Positions 30,601 to 43,680 of a stretch of DNA of 64,000 nt are shown piece by piece. This stretch comes from the human T2T-CHM13v2.0 reference genome, Homo sapiens. Both the position numbers and the translations under genes were made by a program. Position 1 is the first letter of the stretch; the number at the start of each line of letters is the position of its first letter. Where the stretch lies: assembly GCF_009914755.1 (NCBI RefSeq), contig NC_060944.1; one strand, given 5' to 3'. Below the pieces are notes generated by a model, which was not told the DNA's origin, ran no database searches, and worked only from the letters and a program-made list of their open reading frames with translations.

Positions 30601-31020
30601 GCCCACCCAGACTTGGCCAAGCAGCCCTCGGCCAGACCAAGCACACTCCCTCGGAGGCCTGGCAGGGCCCCTGCTTTACCCTGCCCCCCACGCCCCGCCC
30701 CGACCCGACCCTCCCAGGCAGCCCCTCAGCGTCTGCCGCCCGCCCTTGGGCCTTTCCGGCCAGCCCCTCCCTCCGCCCACGCCCAGAACAGCCCATGCTC
30801 TTGGAGGAGAGCAGGTGGGCTTGACCGGGACTGGCCCCTCACCGCGGAAGGCGTGGCCGGAATGCTCGGCCCACTCCGTCTTTGGCTTGTGGGCTCTGCC
30901 TCGTGCACCGCGTGCTGCAGCCCACAGCCGGCCGCCGCCGGGCTGGCGCGAGAGTGGAGGGTGGCAGTGCGCAGGCGCGGAGCGGAAAAGAGGGGGCGTT
31001 AAGGGGGCGGAGCCAGGCAG
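30480..31020 (-). promoter_or_regulatory. CTCFL: CpG-island promoter region of CTCFL (alternative promoters, GC boxes)
   Basis: High GC/CpG density, GC box ggggcggag ~31004; established methylation-controlled cancer-testis promoter. Confidence 0.85.
30843..30962 (-). other. CTCFL: CTCFL non-coding exon 1 (5'UTR); another donor candidate at 30680
   Basis: CCGCG|gtgagg donor; matches the recalled 5' end of BORIS mRNA; TSS approximate. Confidence 0.75.
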
Positions 31021-32760
31021 GGTTGGGGGAGGGGGTGATGTACTGTGGGGGCAGGGGGGAAGGGGAGTAGGGAGGGGGAGGGGGAGCACGGATGAGGAGG
31101 ACCCCAGAGGGGGCACTGGTGGACCTGGGGGGGTGGATGAGGAGGGGAGGAGGGTCCCATACAGGGCACTGGGAGACCTGGGGTGGGGGTGGATAAGGAG
31201 GGGAGGAGAGCCTGCAGGGCACTGGAAGACTGGGTAGTGGGGGAGCGCCTAAGGAGGGGAGGAGGGTCCTGCAGGGGCACGGAAATACCTTGGGGTTGAA
31301 GTGGATGAGGAAGGGAGGAGGGCCCCGCAGGGGGCGCTGGGAGACCCGGGGGGGAAGTAAGGAGGGCACGAGGGCCTGCAGGGGGCCTGGGAGATCTGAG
31401 GGGGAATGGATAAGGAGGGGAGGAGGGCCCACAGGAGGCACTGAGATACTGGGGGGAGGGGTGGAATGAGGGGGGGAGGGGTGGAATGAGGCGGGGAGGA
31501 TAGCCCTGCAGGGGGGCTGGGAGACCTGAGGGGGGTGGTGGGTAATGGATAAGGAGGGGAGGGGGGCCTGCAGGGGGCCTGTGACACCTAGGGGAGGGGA
31601 ATGGATAAGGAGGGTAGGAGGGCCAACAGGAGGCACTGAGATACCAGGGGGAGGGGTGGAATGAGGAGGGGAGAGCCCTGCAGGGGGGCGGGGAGACCTG
31701 AGGTGAGGGTAATGGATGAGGAGGGGAGGAGGGTCTGCAGGGGTTCTTGGGAGACCTGGGGGATGAATAGGAGAGGACAAGGGGAGGAGGGTCTGCAGGG
31801 GGCCCTGGGAGCCCTGCGGGGGGCGAGGGGTGGGGGAATTGATAAGGAGGGGAGGAGGGCCTGCAAGGGGTGCTGGGAGACTTGGGGGAGGGGAATGGAT
31901 AAGGAGGGGAGGAGGGCCTGCAAGGGGTGCTGGGAGACCTGGGGGAGGGGAATGGATAAGGAGAGGAGGAGGGCCCGCAGGAGGCACTGAGAGACTGGGG
32001 GGAGGGGTGGAATGAGGAGGGGAGGAGAGCCCTGCAGGGGGCGCTGGGATACCTTGTGGGGGAATGGATAAGGAGGGGAGGGGGTCCTGCAGGGGGCGCT
32101 GGGAGACCTAGGGGAGGGGAATGGATAAGGGTGGGAGGAGGGCCCGCAGGAGGCACTGAGATACTGGGGGGAGGGGTGGAATGAGGAGGGGAGGAGAGCC
32201 CTGTAGGGGGCGCTGGGAGACCTTGGGGGGAATGGATAAGGAGGGGAAGAGGGCCCTCAGGGGGCGCTGGGAGACCTGGGGGGGAAATGGATAAGGAGGG
32301 GAGGATGGCCGCAAGGGGCACTGGGAGACGCTGGCGGGGAATGGATAAGGAGTGGAGGGGGGCCTGCAAGGGGCGCTGGGAGACCTGGAGGGGAAAGGAT
32401 AAGGAGGGAGGAGGGCCTGGAGGGGGCGCTGGGAGACTTGGGCGGGGGTGGAGGGAATGGATAAGGAGGGGAGAAGGGCCTGCAGGGGGCACTGAGACCT
32501 GGTGGGGAATGGATAAGGAGGGAGGAGGGCCTGCAGGGGGCGCTGGGGAACCTGGGGGGCTTGGATAAGAAGGGGAGGAGGGCCTGCAGGGGGCGCTGGG
32601 AGACCTAGGCGGGGCGGGGGTGGGGAATGGGTAAGGAGGGAAGAAGGGCCTTGCAGGGGGCGCTGGGAGACCTGGGGTCGGGGGGAGGATAAGGAGGGGC
32701 AATGGGAGAGGATGGGGAATGGGGTGCTTAGAGACTTGGGTGGGAAATGGACGCAGCAGG
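31010..32760. repeat. G-rich minisatellite (~50-60 bp unit, roughly 30 degenerate units) upstream of CTCFL
   Basis: consensus ggggaatggataaggaggggaggagggcctgcagggggcgctgggagacct. Confidence 0.95.
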
Positions 32761-35299
32761 GACTGGGCGGGGAGAGACCTTACAAGGGTTCCAGGAGATG
32801 GGTTGGGGTGGGCTGGACAGGGCAGAGTGGAGGGTGAGGAGGGCCCTCTGTGAGCCACAGAGACCTGAGCAGGAGCTAGGTGGGGGCTGGGAATGTGCAG
32901 GAAAGGAGACGTGGAAGGAGGGGGAGATAGGGCGGCAGGGGTGATGGAGATTGACAGGGACCCCAGACATGGGGGTAGGGAAATGGGGATGGAAATAAAT
33001 GGAAAAAAAGAGGCTTCGTGGTGGGAAAGAGGAGGAACTCCGAGGGCTCCGGGGCACTGAGGTGTGCAGAGTTGCCGGGTCCTGAGTACCCTCGAGGGAG
33101 CAGAGGGAGCTCGAGGAACGAGGAAGAGAGGGGACGACGAGGGCAAAGAAGGGAGAACGTAGGCGGGTGTGGAGGAGGATGAGCGTCCGAGGGAGAAGAC
33201 GGAGGAGTTGAGCAGAGAAAGGGCAGGAATGTGGGGGCTGGAAAGGGTGAGGAGGCAGCCGATGGAGCAGGGGTGCATCGGAGTTCATGGGTACTTCCCA
33301 GGAGCTCATTTAAGGCAGGTGGGAGGGCGGGGGACGTGGAGGGGCGGCCACACTGTGAACGGACTGAAGCCCACTTAACTGTTCACTCTAAAGTGGTTCA
33401 GTTCGTTACGTGTGTTTTCACTTCAATCAATTGCTTTTAATGGAAATTAATCATATTGATGGTCTCCAGAAGAAGTTGGGTTGATACCTGCAACCAGATT
33501 TTAAAAATGCAAATTTGGAGCCAATGAGTGAATGAAATAATTTGTACCTCACTGATTCTTTTAAGGCATAGCTTACAACGTTCCAGAAACTGTTCTATTT
33601 GTTTTCACTTTTGTTTCAAAATCTTAATGGCATTTTGTTTGCTGATTGTGAATAAATATTTGTATGCTGCGAAAAGCAAATCCAAAACCAACAGCTCAAA
33701 GGAGAAAGTGTGGCAAACAGGAGATTGGAGATTGGACCCCAAAACTCCTGGAGTGACGAAAATTGACCTGGATGAAGAAATGGCTTTCTCTTGGCCTCCT
33801 TTTGTTTAAACATATCTTCCAGTCCTGGGGATGGATTTCCCTCCCATCCATAGCCAGAGAACTTTCTGTATCCATCAAAGTGCTTTCTATGTTTGCCCGC
33901 TCTCCACAGCTCCCTCTTTGTCATTCGCGAATAGTATATAATCAAATATTGTTTTCATTTTCAATAATATAAAAGATAGAACTAAATTCAGCTTTGAAAG
34001 ACACCCATGTACCAGTGGGTACTGGTACACTTGCCAGTGACTTTCTTCGCTCCCTAGTTTCTGCGTGGTGTCTGGGGTTTCCGTCACAGTATATGTACTA
34101 TACAAAGAAAATAAATATTTGAAGGTCACTGGGAAAGTAGTATGCTATAATGACTTACTTTAAATCATTTAAATGAGTTTTTCTGCTTGAGTAATCAGCA
34201 CCTATTTAGTGCCTCCTTGAGTAATTTTGCGTGATGGCTGTGACATGCTGCTAGGAAGTTTTTCAGAGTTTGTATTATAGAATCATGTTTAGAAAATTTC
34301 AAATACCAATTTAAAAGGCATGTTTTAAAAGGAGATATAAAGCCAGTGGGAGGAGGGATAGAGAAAGGGGAAACTGAGTTAAATTTGAAGGGGACAAAGG
34401 GGCTTAAAAAGAGAAATAGATGGAAAGGGAGGGATGAGGAGGAGGAGAGAGGGCCAAGCAGGCAGGGGAGGCAGGCCTGCAGTTGCTAAACTTTGCTTCT
34501 TCCCCGCGTTCTTGGATAATATTTGTGGGGAGGCACTCCAAGCCAGACCTGCTGGATTTCCTGCTCGTAGGCCTGTGCAGCCCAGGAAACTGTTCAGAAA
34601 AGTAGGAGGTAGGATCCTATTTGTACCCTGAGTGTGTGGAGCAGTTTCTACCAGGTAAACCTTCCATCCCTGTTTTTTAGGGGATCAAGATAGACTGCAA
34701 GGCAAGATGCTTGCATTTAGTCTCAGATGAAAAGAACAGTGGACTCCCGGGCCCTCATCCTCCTTGTCAAGTCTCAATTCCTCAGATGGGCTTCAGTTCT
34801 CTCTTTAACTAATGCTGTGCACCTGTCCAGCCTTTTCATCTACAGAGTTCTGTCTCTGCTCCATCCAGACCCATCTCCTCCTTATCCCCAGGGGCTGTGC
34901 TAGAAGTGGATGTAAGGGGCAGAGTGTGTCTTGTTGCTTGCATCCAAAACCTGCTGAGACCCAGGCCCTCCTCGTAGCAAATGCCATTCGGTCTCTTACA
35001 GATGCCCAGGTGTGGTGACGGGCCAGCCATGGGTTCCCCCAGTGCCTGCTGTGGAGCTTGGTCACTTGCATCCTCCGGGTAACAATGATATTTATTATGC
35101 CTTTTGTACCCGATGTTTGGGGATTTCCATGTGGACAGGTGAGCTTTGCTCTCCCAGCTGCCAACTGGCTGTAGTGCACATGTTTTGCAGGTGGTATTGC
35201 TTCGTGGTGGGTCCACACTATGAGCTTATCAGGCAATGTGCTCAAAGGAAAGGAAGGCCTTGCGAAGTATGTGGCACAGGTAGGGGCTATACGCATATT

Positions 35300-35755
35300 A
35301 CTGTGTCCCCCCAAATTCATATGTTGAAGTCCCAACCCCCAGTACCTGGGGGTACAAAATGTCACGATATTTAGAGGTAGGACCTTTAAAGAGGTAATTC
35401 AGTTTGAACAAAGGCCACGGGGGGCAGTAGGGGTGGGGGAGAACTAAGCCACCTGACTGTGTTAGGGCCTCCAAAGAAGTGATTATTAAAATGATGGCGA
35501 GAGGATGGGGTCCCAAGCCTACCTGGCTGAGGTCCTTATAAGAAGAGAAGACACCAGAGAAGGACACACACAGAGGAAAGGCTGCGTGAGAGCAGCAAGA
35601 AGATGGTTTTGTGTGAGCCAAGAAGGGGGCCTCGGGAGAACCAAACTTGCCAACACCTTGCTCTTGTACTTCCAGCCTCCAGAACTATGAGAAATAAATG
35701 TCTGTTTTCTTAGCCACTCAGTCTGTGGTGTTTTGTTACGGCAGCTCTAGCACAC
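35300..35755 (+). mobile_element. MaLR (MLT1A/MST-like) LTR
   Basis: tgtgtccccccaaattcatatgttgaag...cttccagcctccagaactatgagaaataaatg. Confidence 0.75.
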
Positions 35756-35952
35756 CAGTGCAGGTACACACCAGGAGAGGCTCACACCAGTGCAAGCTCA
35801 CACCATTGCAGGCTCATATCAGTGCAGGCACACACCAGGACAGGCTCAAACCAATGCAGGCACACACCAATGCAGGCTCACACCAATGCAGGCTTACACC
35901 AGTGCAGGCACACACCAGTGCAGGCTCACACCAATGCAGGCTCACACCATGC
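35751..35952. repeat. 16-bp tandem repeat (cacaccaRtgcaggcW), ~12.5 copies
   Basis: directly visible. Confidence 0.95.
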
Positions 35953-36559
35953 AAATGGGACCGAGTGTGGGAGGCTGTGCTACTGCATGGTTGCTGAAAG
36001 CAAATGTTGGAAAACATATTCCACTTAGCCCTTTGGGCTAAGAATTATCCCCAGCACATGTGCTTGACTGGGTGGGCATGGGGACAGATGAGCTCTAGAG
36101 CATTATTTGGAACTGGCATAGATTCAGATAGAGATGGACAAATCAGAAATGTAAAAATATTTTGAAAAAAATTCTATGAGGCAGCAATGGACGAGACAGG
36201 CCATTGAGTGCTGTCATTGTCTTTAAAAAATACTATGTTCACTGCTTTCAAAGTAAGTGTCATGAGGTTTATTACTTAGTGGTTCTCTGGCTCCCCTAAG
36301 TTGACTGTAAAATCTTTATGAGGCACTTGGTAAGCACATAAGTATTTGAAGTACCCAAGGGATAAAAGAGCTCGGTAGTGAAATGGTGAGTGAAGGCTGG
36401 AATTGCCCTAAAGTCTGGGTAGGAAGGGGGCCTCCAGCTGAGTATGCCAAGCAAGTAACATGAATTATCTCTCAAATCTTCTAGAAAGCCCTATGAGGGG
36501 GCAGTATCATAATACCCTTTTCACAGAGAAAGAAATGGAAAGGTTAAGAAACTTGCTCA

Positions 36560-36712
<153 letters not shown>

Positions 36713-37310
36713 AACTTGCTGAAGTGGTGGAAACAGTGATTCAGGGATCTTTGTCTTAAATACTTTGTAATGTGTTATTTATTATGCTTCTTGTTAATTT
36801 CTACATGGGAAATTATATATATGTTTATGTTTTTAAATATATATTATATATACTTATATATTAAATACGTATTTCTACATATGTTTCCCATATATGTGCT
36901 ATGTAATATATATGGTAAGAAAGCTCAACATGGGTAAGGATCTTTGTGAGTTTTGTTAACTGTTGTATCCAAAGTGCCTGGGACAGGACCCTTGACAACA
37001 ATTTGTGGAATAACTGAGTGTTGGAGTCCATTGGCCTTCGACCACTCTTTTTTACAGCCCCTCTGGCATACATGAAGGGTGAATCTGAGTTTTATATCCC
37101 ACAGCCTTACACAAATAAATGTCATGATGCGTTTTCTCTTGTTGTTCTGCAGTGGTATTTACCTGGACAGTTTAATGATGTCTCTGACCTCTTCATTTTA
37201 AGAAACCTTTCAAGAACTTTTTACTTCATTCAACAGTTGTCTATTCATGCCATAGGTATTTATAATGAACTGTGATATCTATATTGTGGAGAAACGGGGT
37301 GCTCAGAAAG

Positions 37311-37652
<342 letters not shown>

Positions 37653-38829
37653 TGAAATGTAATCTGGTAACCAGAATTTCCAGCTTTGGCACTTTATGTG
37701 TCAGTTCCCCTAGATATACTATGGACCTGCATTAAGGCAAAGAGAATTTAACACATACCAGGCCAGGAAATAGGTCTTAGGGTTAAGATTTATTAGTACT
37801 GCCTCAACTGCATGCATTAGTATAATCAGCTCAATTCTCAGGAAAAACAGCTGGGAGTGGGTTGCTACCTTGTCAAATGGCAGAACTAGAGGGTAGACAC
37901 CAAGTTTTTCTTCTGCACAGTTGATTCTTCTGTATTTATTTATTATCACTCTGAAGCCTGACCAGCAGCTGGAATGTAAACTGTTATTTCATCCACGCTT
38001 ACGTGGTGCCTGGCTCCTCTTAGTGTTATAAAGATAATTTGTACCAAAAAAGTACATAAACAGTTTAGTTCCCTTTCACCTGATTTCAACCAATGAATGG
38101 CAAAGGAGTGTCCATTTAAGAGCATGTCAGTTAACCTGTTGGGCAAATGTTGTTTATATACAGAGCACTATACTTTGAACTTTGATATGAACACAGAGAG
38201 GGTGTACCCTTATTGAACAAGCAGTTCAGCTTTGCTCATGGAATTGGCCACAGAGGTGAGGAGTTTTGGGACACATGAAGCCCCAGAGAGAATTTTTAAG
38301 ACTGTTTGTAATGTTTGTGAAGAGGAAGAGGTGGAGTAAAGAATGGGAATTCGACTGTACAAGTGCACCAGGTGTTCTGGAACTCCCCAGAAATTTATCA
38401 TTAAAACCTCTTCCTTCTCCTACTTATCCATGAAGAAGCATTTGGTAAATAAGCAAATAAAAGCTTTATTACCTTCCTACCTTCCCTCCTTGGATTGCAG
38501 GTGTGAGCCACCCTGCCTGGCCTTGAGCAAGCTTCTTAAACTTTCTTTCTCCATGAAAAGGGGATTATGATACTGCCCCCCATAGGACTTTCTGGAACAT
38601 TTGAGAAGTAACTCATGTCTCATGCTTAGCCTACTCAGCTGGAGGTCCCCTTTCTGCCCACATTAAATGGGGTCTGAAAGCAAGCATCTTGGGGGAGAAG
38701 AATCTGGAAAGTGCATTTTAATCCATAAATGGTCATTTGGGTGGCAGATGGTGAAGGGGCTGATGTGAAGGACGACTTTTTCTCCTTTGCATAATTGCTT
38801 TGAAAAGTACACATTAATAGTGCAAAGAG

Positions 38830-39185
38830 AAAGGTAAGAATCTTGAGGTGGGAAGATTATCCTGGATTCTTCAGGTGGGCCTAATGTCATCCCAAGGGTT
38901 GATAAAAGGGAGGCAGGAGAATCCGAGTCAGAAGGAGATGTGAAAAGGAAGCAGAGAGACAGAGATTAGAAGATCAGAGGCAGCTGGCTTTGAGATGGAG
39001 GAAGGGACCACAAGCCGAGGAATGGTGGTGGCCTCTAGAAGCTGGAAAAGGCAAAGAAAGAGATTTTCCCCTAGAGCCTCCAAAAGGGACACAGCTCTGC
39101 TGACCCATTTTAGACTTCTGACCTCCAGAACTTTAAGCCAGTCAGTCTGTGGTCATTTATTACAGCAGCTGGGGAAACTCATACA
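38830..39185 (+). mobile_element. MLT1-type LTR fragment
   Basis: gattatcctggatt...gcctctagaagctggaaaaggcaa...cttctgacctccagaac. Confidence 0.7.
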
Positions 39186-40048
39186 GGAGTTTCCTGCATC
39201 CAGGATGCCCCACACCTCTGCTTCTCCCTCCTCATGGCTACCCCCTCATCTCGGTGCTGCTTCTGGTTTCTCCTTCTGGCCTTTCAAGAAGAGATGGGGG
39301 AACCCAGGCACAGCCCTTGGATCTTTCCTCTCCCCACACTCTCCCTTGGGGATCTTATCCAGTTTCGACGTTTTCAGTGAACTGTGTATGCATGATGGCT
39401 TCCCGTCTCCAATGGGGACCGCTTCCCTGCCTCCAGACCCTGGGACCCATCTGCCCCCCATCATCCCTGTCAAAATGTCTAATGGGCAAACGTAGCTTGT
39501 CCAAGGCAGAACACTTGCTCCTTCCACCTGAATGCTGTTTTACCTAGTCTTCCCATCACAGCTAATGGGGATCCTTCTAGATGCTCTGGCTGAACACCTT
39601 AGAGGTTCCTCTTTCTCTCACAGATGAATCTATTCCATCAGCAAATGCATCTACCTCAAAAGTGTCTTCAGAATCTGGCCACCTCTCCTTACCTCCTGGC
39701 CCCCACCCTGATCCGTCTATCATGCCACTACTCCAGATGCCACCACTCCAAATGCCACCACTCCAAACGCCACCAGGCCCAATGCCACCACACCCAAGCA
39801 GGACCCTTCCACGGTGCCCTTCTCCTCTCAGACATCACAGTGGGCCACCCTATCTTCCACCTGCTCCCACCTTGTGGCCTCTTGCTGTTGCTCAGACACC
39901 CCAAGCTGGCTGATACCCCAGGGACTTGGCATTTGATGTTCCTTCTGTGGGGATGCTCTTCCCCCCAGTAGCAATACTTGTTCTTCCACTTTCTGCAAGT
40001 CTTTGTTCAACTGCTCTGTCTCTGAGGCCTTCCCAGTCCTCCCTATTA

Positions 40049-40542
<494 letters not shown>

Positions 40543-41784
40543 GAGTTGCTGGTATCTCCTCCAAAAATTGGGTGCTGGTGGTCTGCTATGGATACATGTA
40601 ATTAAAATGTACAATGTGCCTAGGACAAGGTGAGGGTTCTTTCTGCTTTGGTTCTCTCCCCAATACCAGATCAGTGCACGCCACATAGCAGTCAATCAAC
40701 AGATGTCTGTTGAATGAATGAACCTGAACGTATAATTGTGCAATAAGCTTACCTGGTTCTAAGAGCTGAGTGTTCAAAATAAATTTGCAGTGGGTTTGGT
40801 TTATCTCTAAGATTAGTTGTCTATATTTAAGTTTAACATAATATGCACCTTAGCACTTCTTTAACATCTCTGTTTATAGAACTTATAAAGGCTGTTTACT
40901 ACAATAAAACAATATAAAACAGAATCCCCAAACTGAAGCTGAAAATATATTCACAGTTTACCTTTCCTGCTCTAATTACCTCTGGCTTCTTCTTGATACA
41001 GGTTCCAAAACATATTTTCTCCAGAATTAAAATTCAGAATAATTGCCCCGGACAGGGAAGGGACAATTTTCATTTGGAACAAGGGCTACATTTAGGTCGA
41101 TAAGAGAACTCATGGGAAGAGACTGCTTTGTCTTCCATACGCTGAGGGGCTCCTCCTCAATTCTGGGTCTTCAGGGCTGCCCTGGGGAGAGGCTGACCAA
41201 GTATCTGCAAAGCAAAGGAAGGAAAGAAGGACAGAGCAGGTTGTCAGTGAACAAGCAGCCCACCATGGGTCAGAGGGAGGCTGGAGAAGGCTGATAAAGC
41301 TGGACTCCCAAAGGGTGCGGCTCCAGCCAGAAACACACTCTCAGAGCCAGGGACCAGGGGAGAGGACGTTGTTTGGTGCAGCTTGCCCTATTCTTCTCTT
41401 GACAGCAGAACTGTCCTGATTCAGGAAATCACCTTGACAGTTTATCTGAGGGTGGAAGGAAAGACCCCGATCAAGACACGAAGGGAGAAAGCCAAAAGAC
41501 TCCATGTTAGAAAGGGAGAACTCCTCACTTTTACTTTTTGTTTTTTTGTGTGTATGATTTCAAAGGGGTGGGACATGAAAAGAACAGAGAGAAAGTGGGG
41601 AAAGTGGATAACCAAACCGTCCTGCGAAATGGCCGAAATATTGTTTAAAGATGTATCTTACTAAAGGACTGGTTGTGCGTGCCTCCTTCAAGCCGTCAGC
41701 CTGCTGTGGGGCACTCTCAAAAGCCTTGGGGAATGGTTTCTTGTGTGTTTGCTTGTGGTGCGGTGTAGCAAAGAGGCTGGTTCC

Positions 41785-42349
41785 TGACAGAGCAGGAGCA
41801 CTGACATCTCGGACAAACACCGCCATTTTAAAATCCAGCTCCTTTTCTAGCCTCATGCATTTCAAGGAAATCACTTCTTTTCTAACTACAAGCAGCCGGA
41901 AAGAGCAGACAGTAAAACACAGAGAAGACAGCCCCCGCCCAGAGGGGAGGTGGGGGAAACTCTCTTGGGTAATTGCCAAACTTCACCCTCATACCATGGG
42001 CCCCAGTAAAACAGTGGGCCTTAATAAGCACACTCCTTTCCCTTCAGGTGCACTAAGATAGGGAATGTAAAAGCAGACTCAGGGAGTATGCCTGCAGCTG
42101 CAGAAAGATGTATGGGAACAGACACACAACTCTCCCTCCCAGATAAGCACAACAAAGAGACACAGAAGGAGTCCAAGCCTCTGATAAACTCTCCCACCCT
42201 AAATCCTTAAAAACTCTTAGTCTGTAAGAAAGTGTGCCTCTGACCTAATGTGGCCAGATGTCCCTCTCAGGTTTGTTTTCTCTAAAATAATCCTGTCTTG
42301 ACCATCAGGCTACCTTTCATGTTTCTTTCCTCTTTCTTTAATTCTTACA
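41785..42349 (+). mobile_element. Intact ERV1-class solo LTR (LTR10C-like; subfamily uncertain)
   Basis: TG...CA ends, 565 bp, perfect 5-bp TSD GTTCC (41780-41784 / 42350-42354). Confidence 0.85.
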
Positions 42350-43555
42350 GTTCCCTGTCCATAGGAGCACGTGCAGGGCAGGACAGCATCGTGGGAAGGG
42401 GAGGGTGATCAGCACCCAGAATCAACCCATAGTGGGGAGCTTGGGCACAATATCTACCACTGGGATTTTGCTTGTGTTTTTCCAAAAAAACTTTTTGTTT
42501 TGAAAATAGTTATAGAGTCACAGGATATTGCAAAAAAAAAAAAAAAGAAAAAAGAGTATGCAGGGAAGTTCCATGTATCCTTCCCTCAATTTCTCCTAAT
42601 GGGCACTTCTTATGTGTTATTATACAATATCAAAGCCAGGAAACTGACATTGGCACAATCCAGAGTTTGTTTAGACTTTCACCAATTTTCCCTGCACACG
42701 TTTGTGTGTGTGTGTGTGGTGTCTATCACATGTGAAACCACCACAATCAGGATGCAAAACAGCCAATCACCACACGGATCCCTTAAGCTACCCATTTATA
42801 GTCACATCCACCCTCTTCCCTCACCCCACCCAGATGACTGTAAGAATTTAACCCCTTTGGGAACTGGCAGAAGTCTTGGAAAGGACATTGGAATATTCCA
42901 CAAGGCTCGTATGGAAGGTTCATGCCTATCTTATCTGGATATGAAGGGCCATCTGGGTTGCTGTACTGTAATGCTGGAACTATGTTGATGATACTGAAAA
43001 GAACATTCATTGATTTTAATCCTGAATAGCTCACACTCCAAAGTCCTCTCATTTCACAAAAACAGTGGTGCCCAACCCCTTTCTGCATTGGTAGACGGTC
43101 TCTGGTGAGGGGCAGGATGGTGCACAGGAGCCATCCTGAGGCTGGGTCCTTGAGCATGAGGGGTATCCATGGATAGGGAGAAGAAGGCATCAGGGAGGTG
43201 GTGAAGCATGGGAGGGGTTCATCTTTTTCAGCAGCCCCAAATCCTACTCAGTGCAGTGGCACTGATTGTGTAAATGAGACATCACAGGTTCCTACATTAT
43301 GAATAAATGATATATTTTAAAACCTAGGACAAAGGTTACAGAGTGATTTGCCTGCAGGAACCAGGCAAGTTAATGACTTTGGCAGCTGGAGAGGGACAGG
43401 TGTCCTCTGTCCCAGGTAAGTTCTCCTGATTTTCAAACAGTGACAATTAATTAAAAGAAATTTCAAATTCTCCCGTCAACCAGACAAAATATATGCATGA
43501 ACTAGTTTTGGTCACTGCCAGCTGGTGACCTTTATCCTGGATATTTCTTCACAGG

Positions 43556-43680
43556 TTCTCTTCTTCCTTCCTTCCTTCCTTCCTTCCTTCCTTTTCTTTC
43601 TCTCTCTCTCTTTTTCTTTCTTTTTCTCTCTTTCTTTTTCCTTCTTCCTATCTCTCTCTCTCTCTCGCTTTCATTTTTTT
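43556..43680. repeat. Pyrimidine-rich (TTCC/TC)n tract
   Basis: directly visible. Confidence 0.9.

Noticed and set aside
30839-33309. Long Pro/Ser-rich ORFs (759 aa, 382 aa and others)
   Set aside because: Translations of the C-rich strand of the minisatellite; several frames are open simply because stop codons are compositionally rare.
35698-36041. Repetitive Q/H/T-rich ORFs and a possible CRISPR-like look
   Set aside because: Simple 16-bp tandem repeat with no unique spacers, in eukaryotic DNA.
36024-36042. 8-bp perfect hairpin cttagccc-ttt-gggctaag
   Set aside because: Expected by chance in 64 kb; no supporting context.
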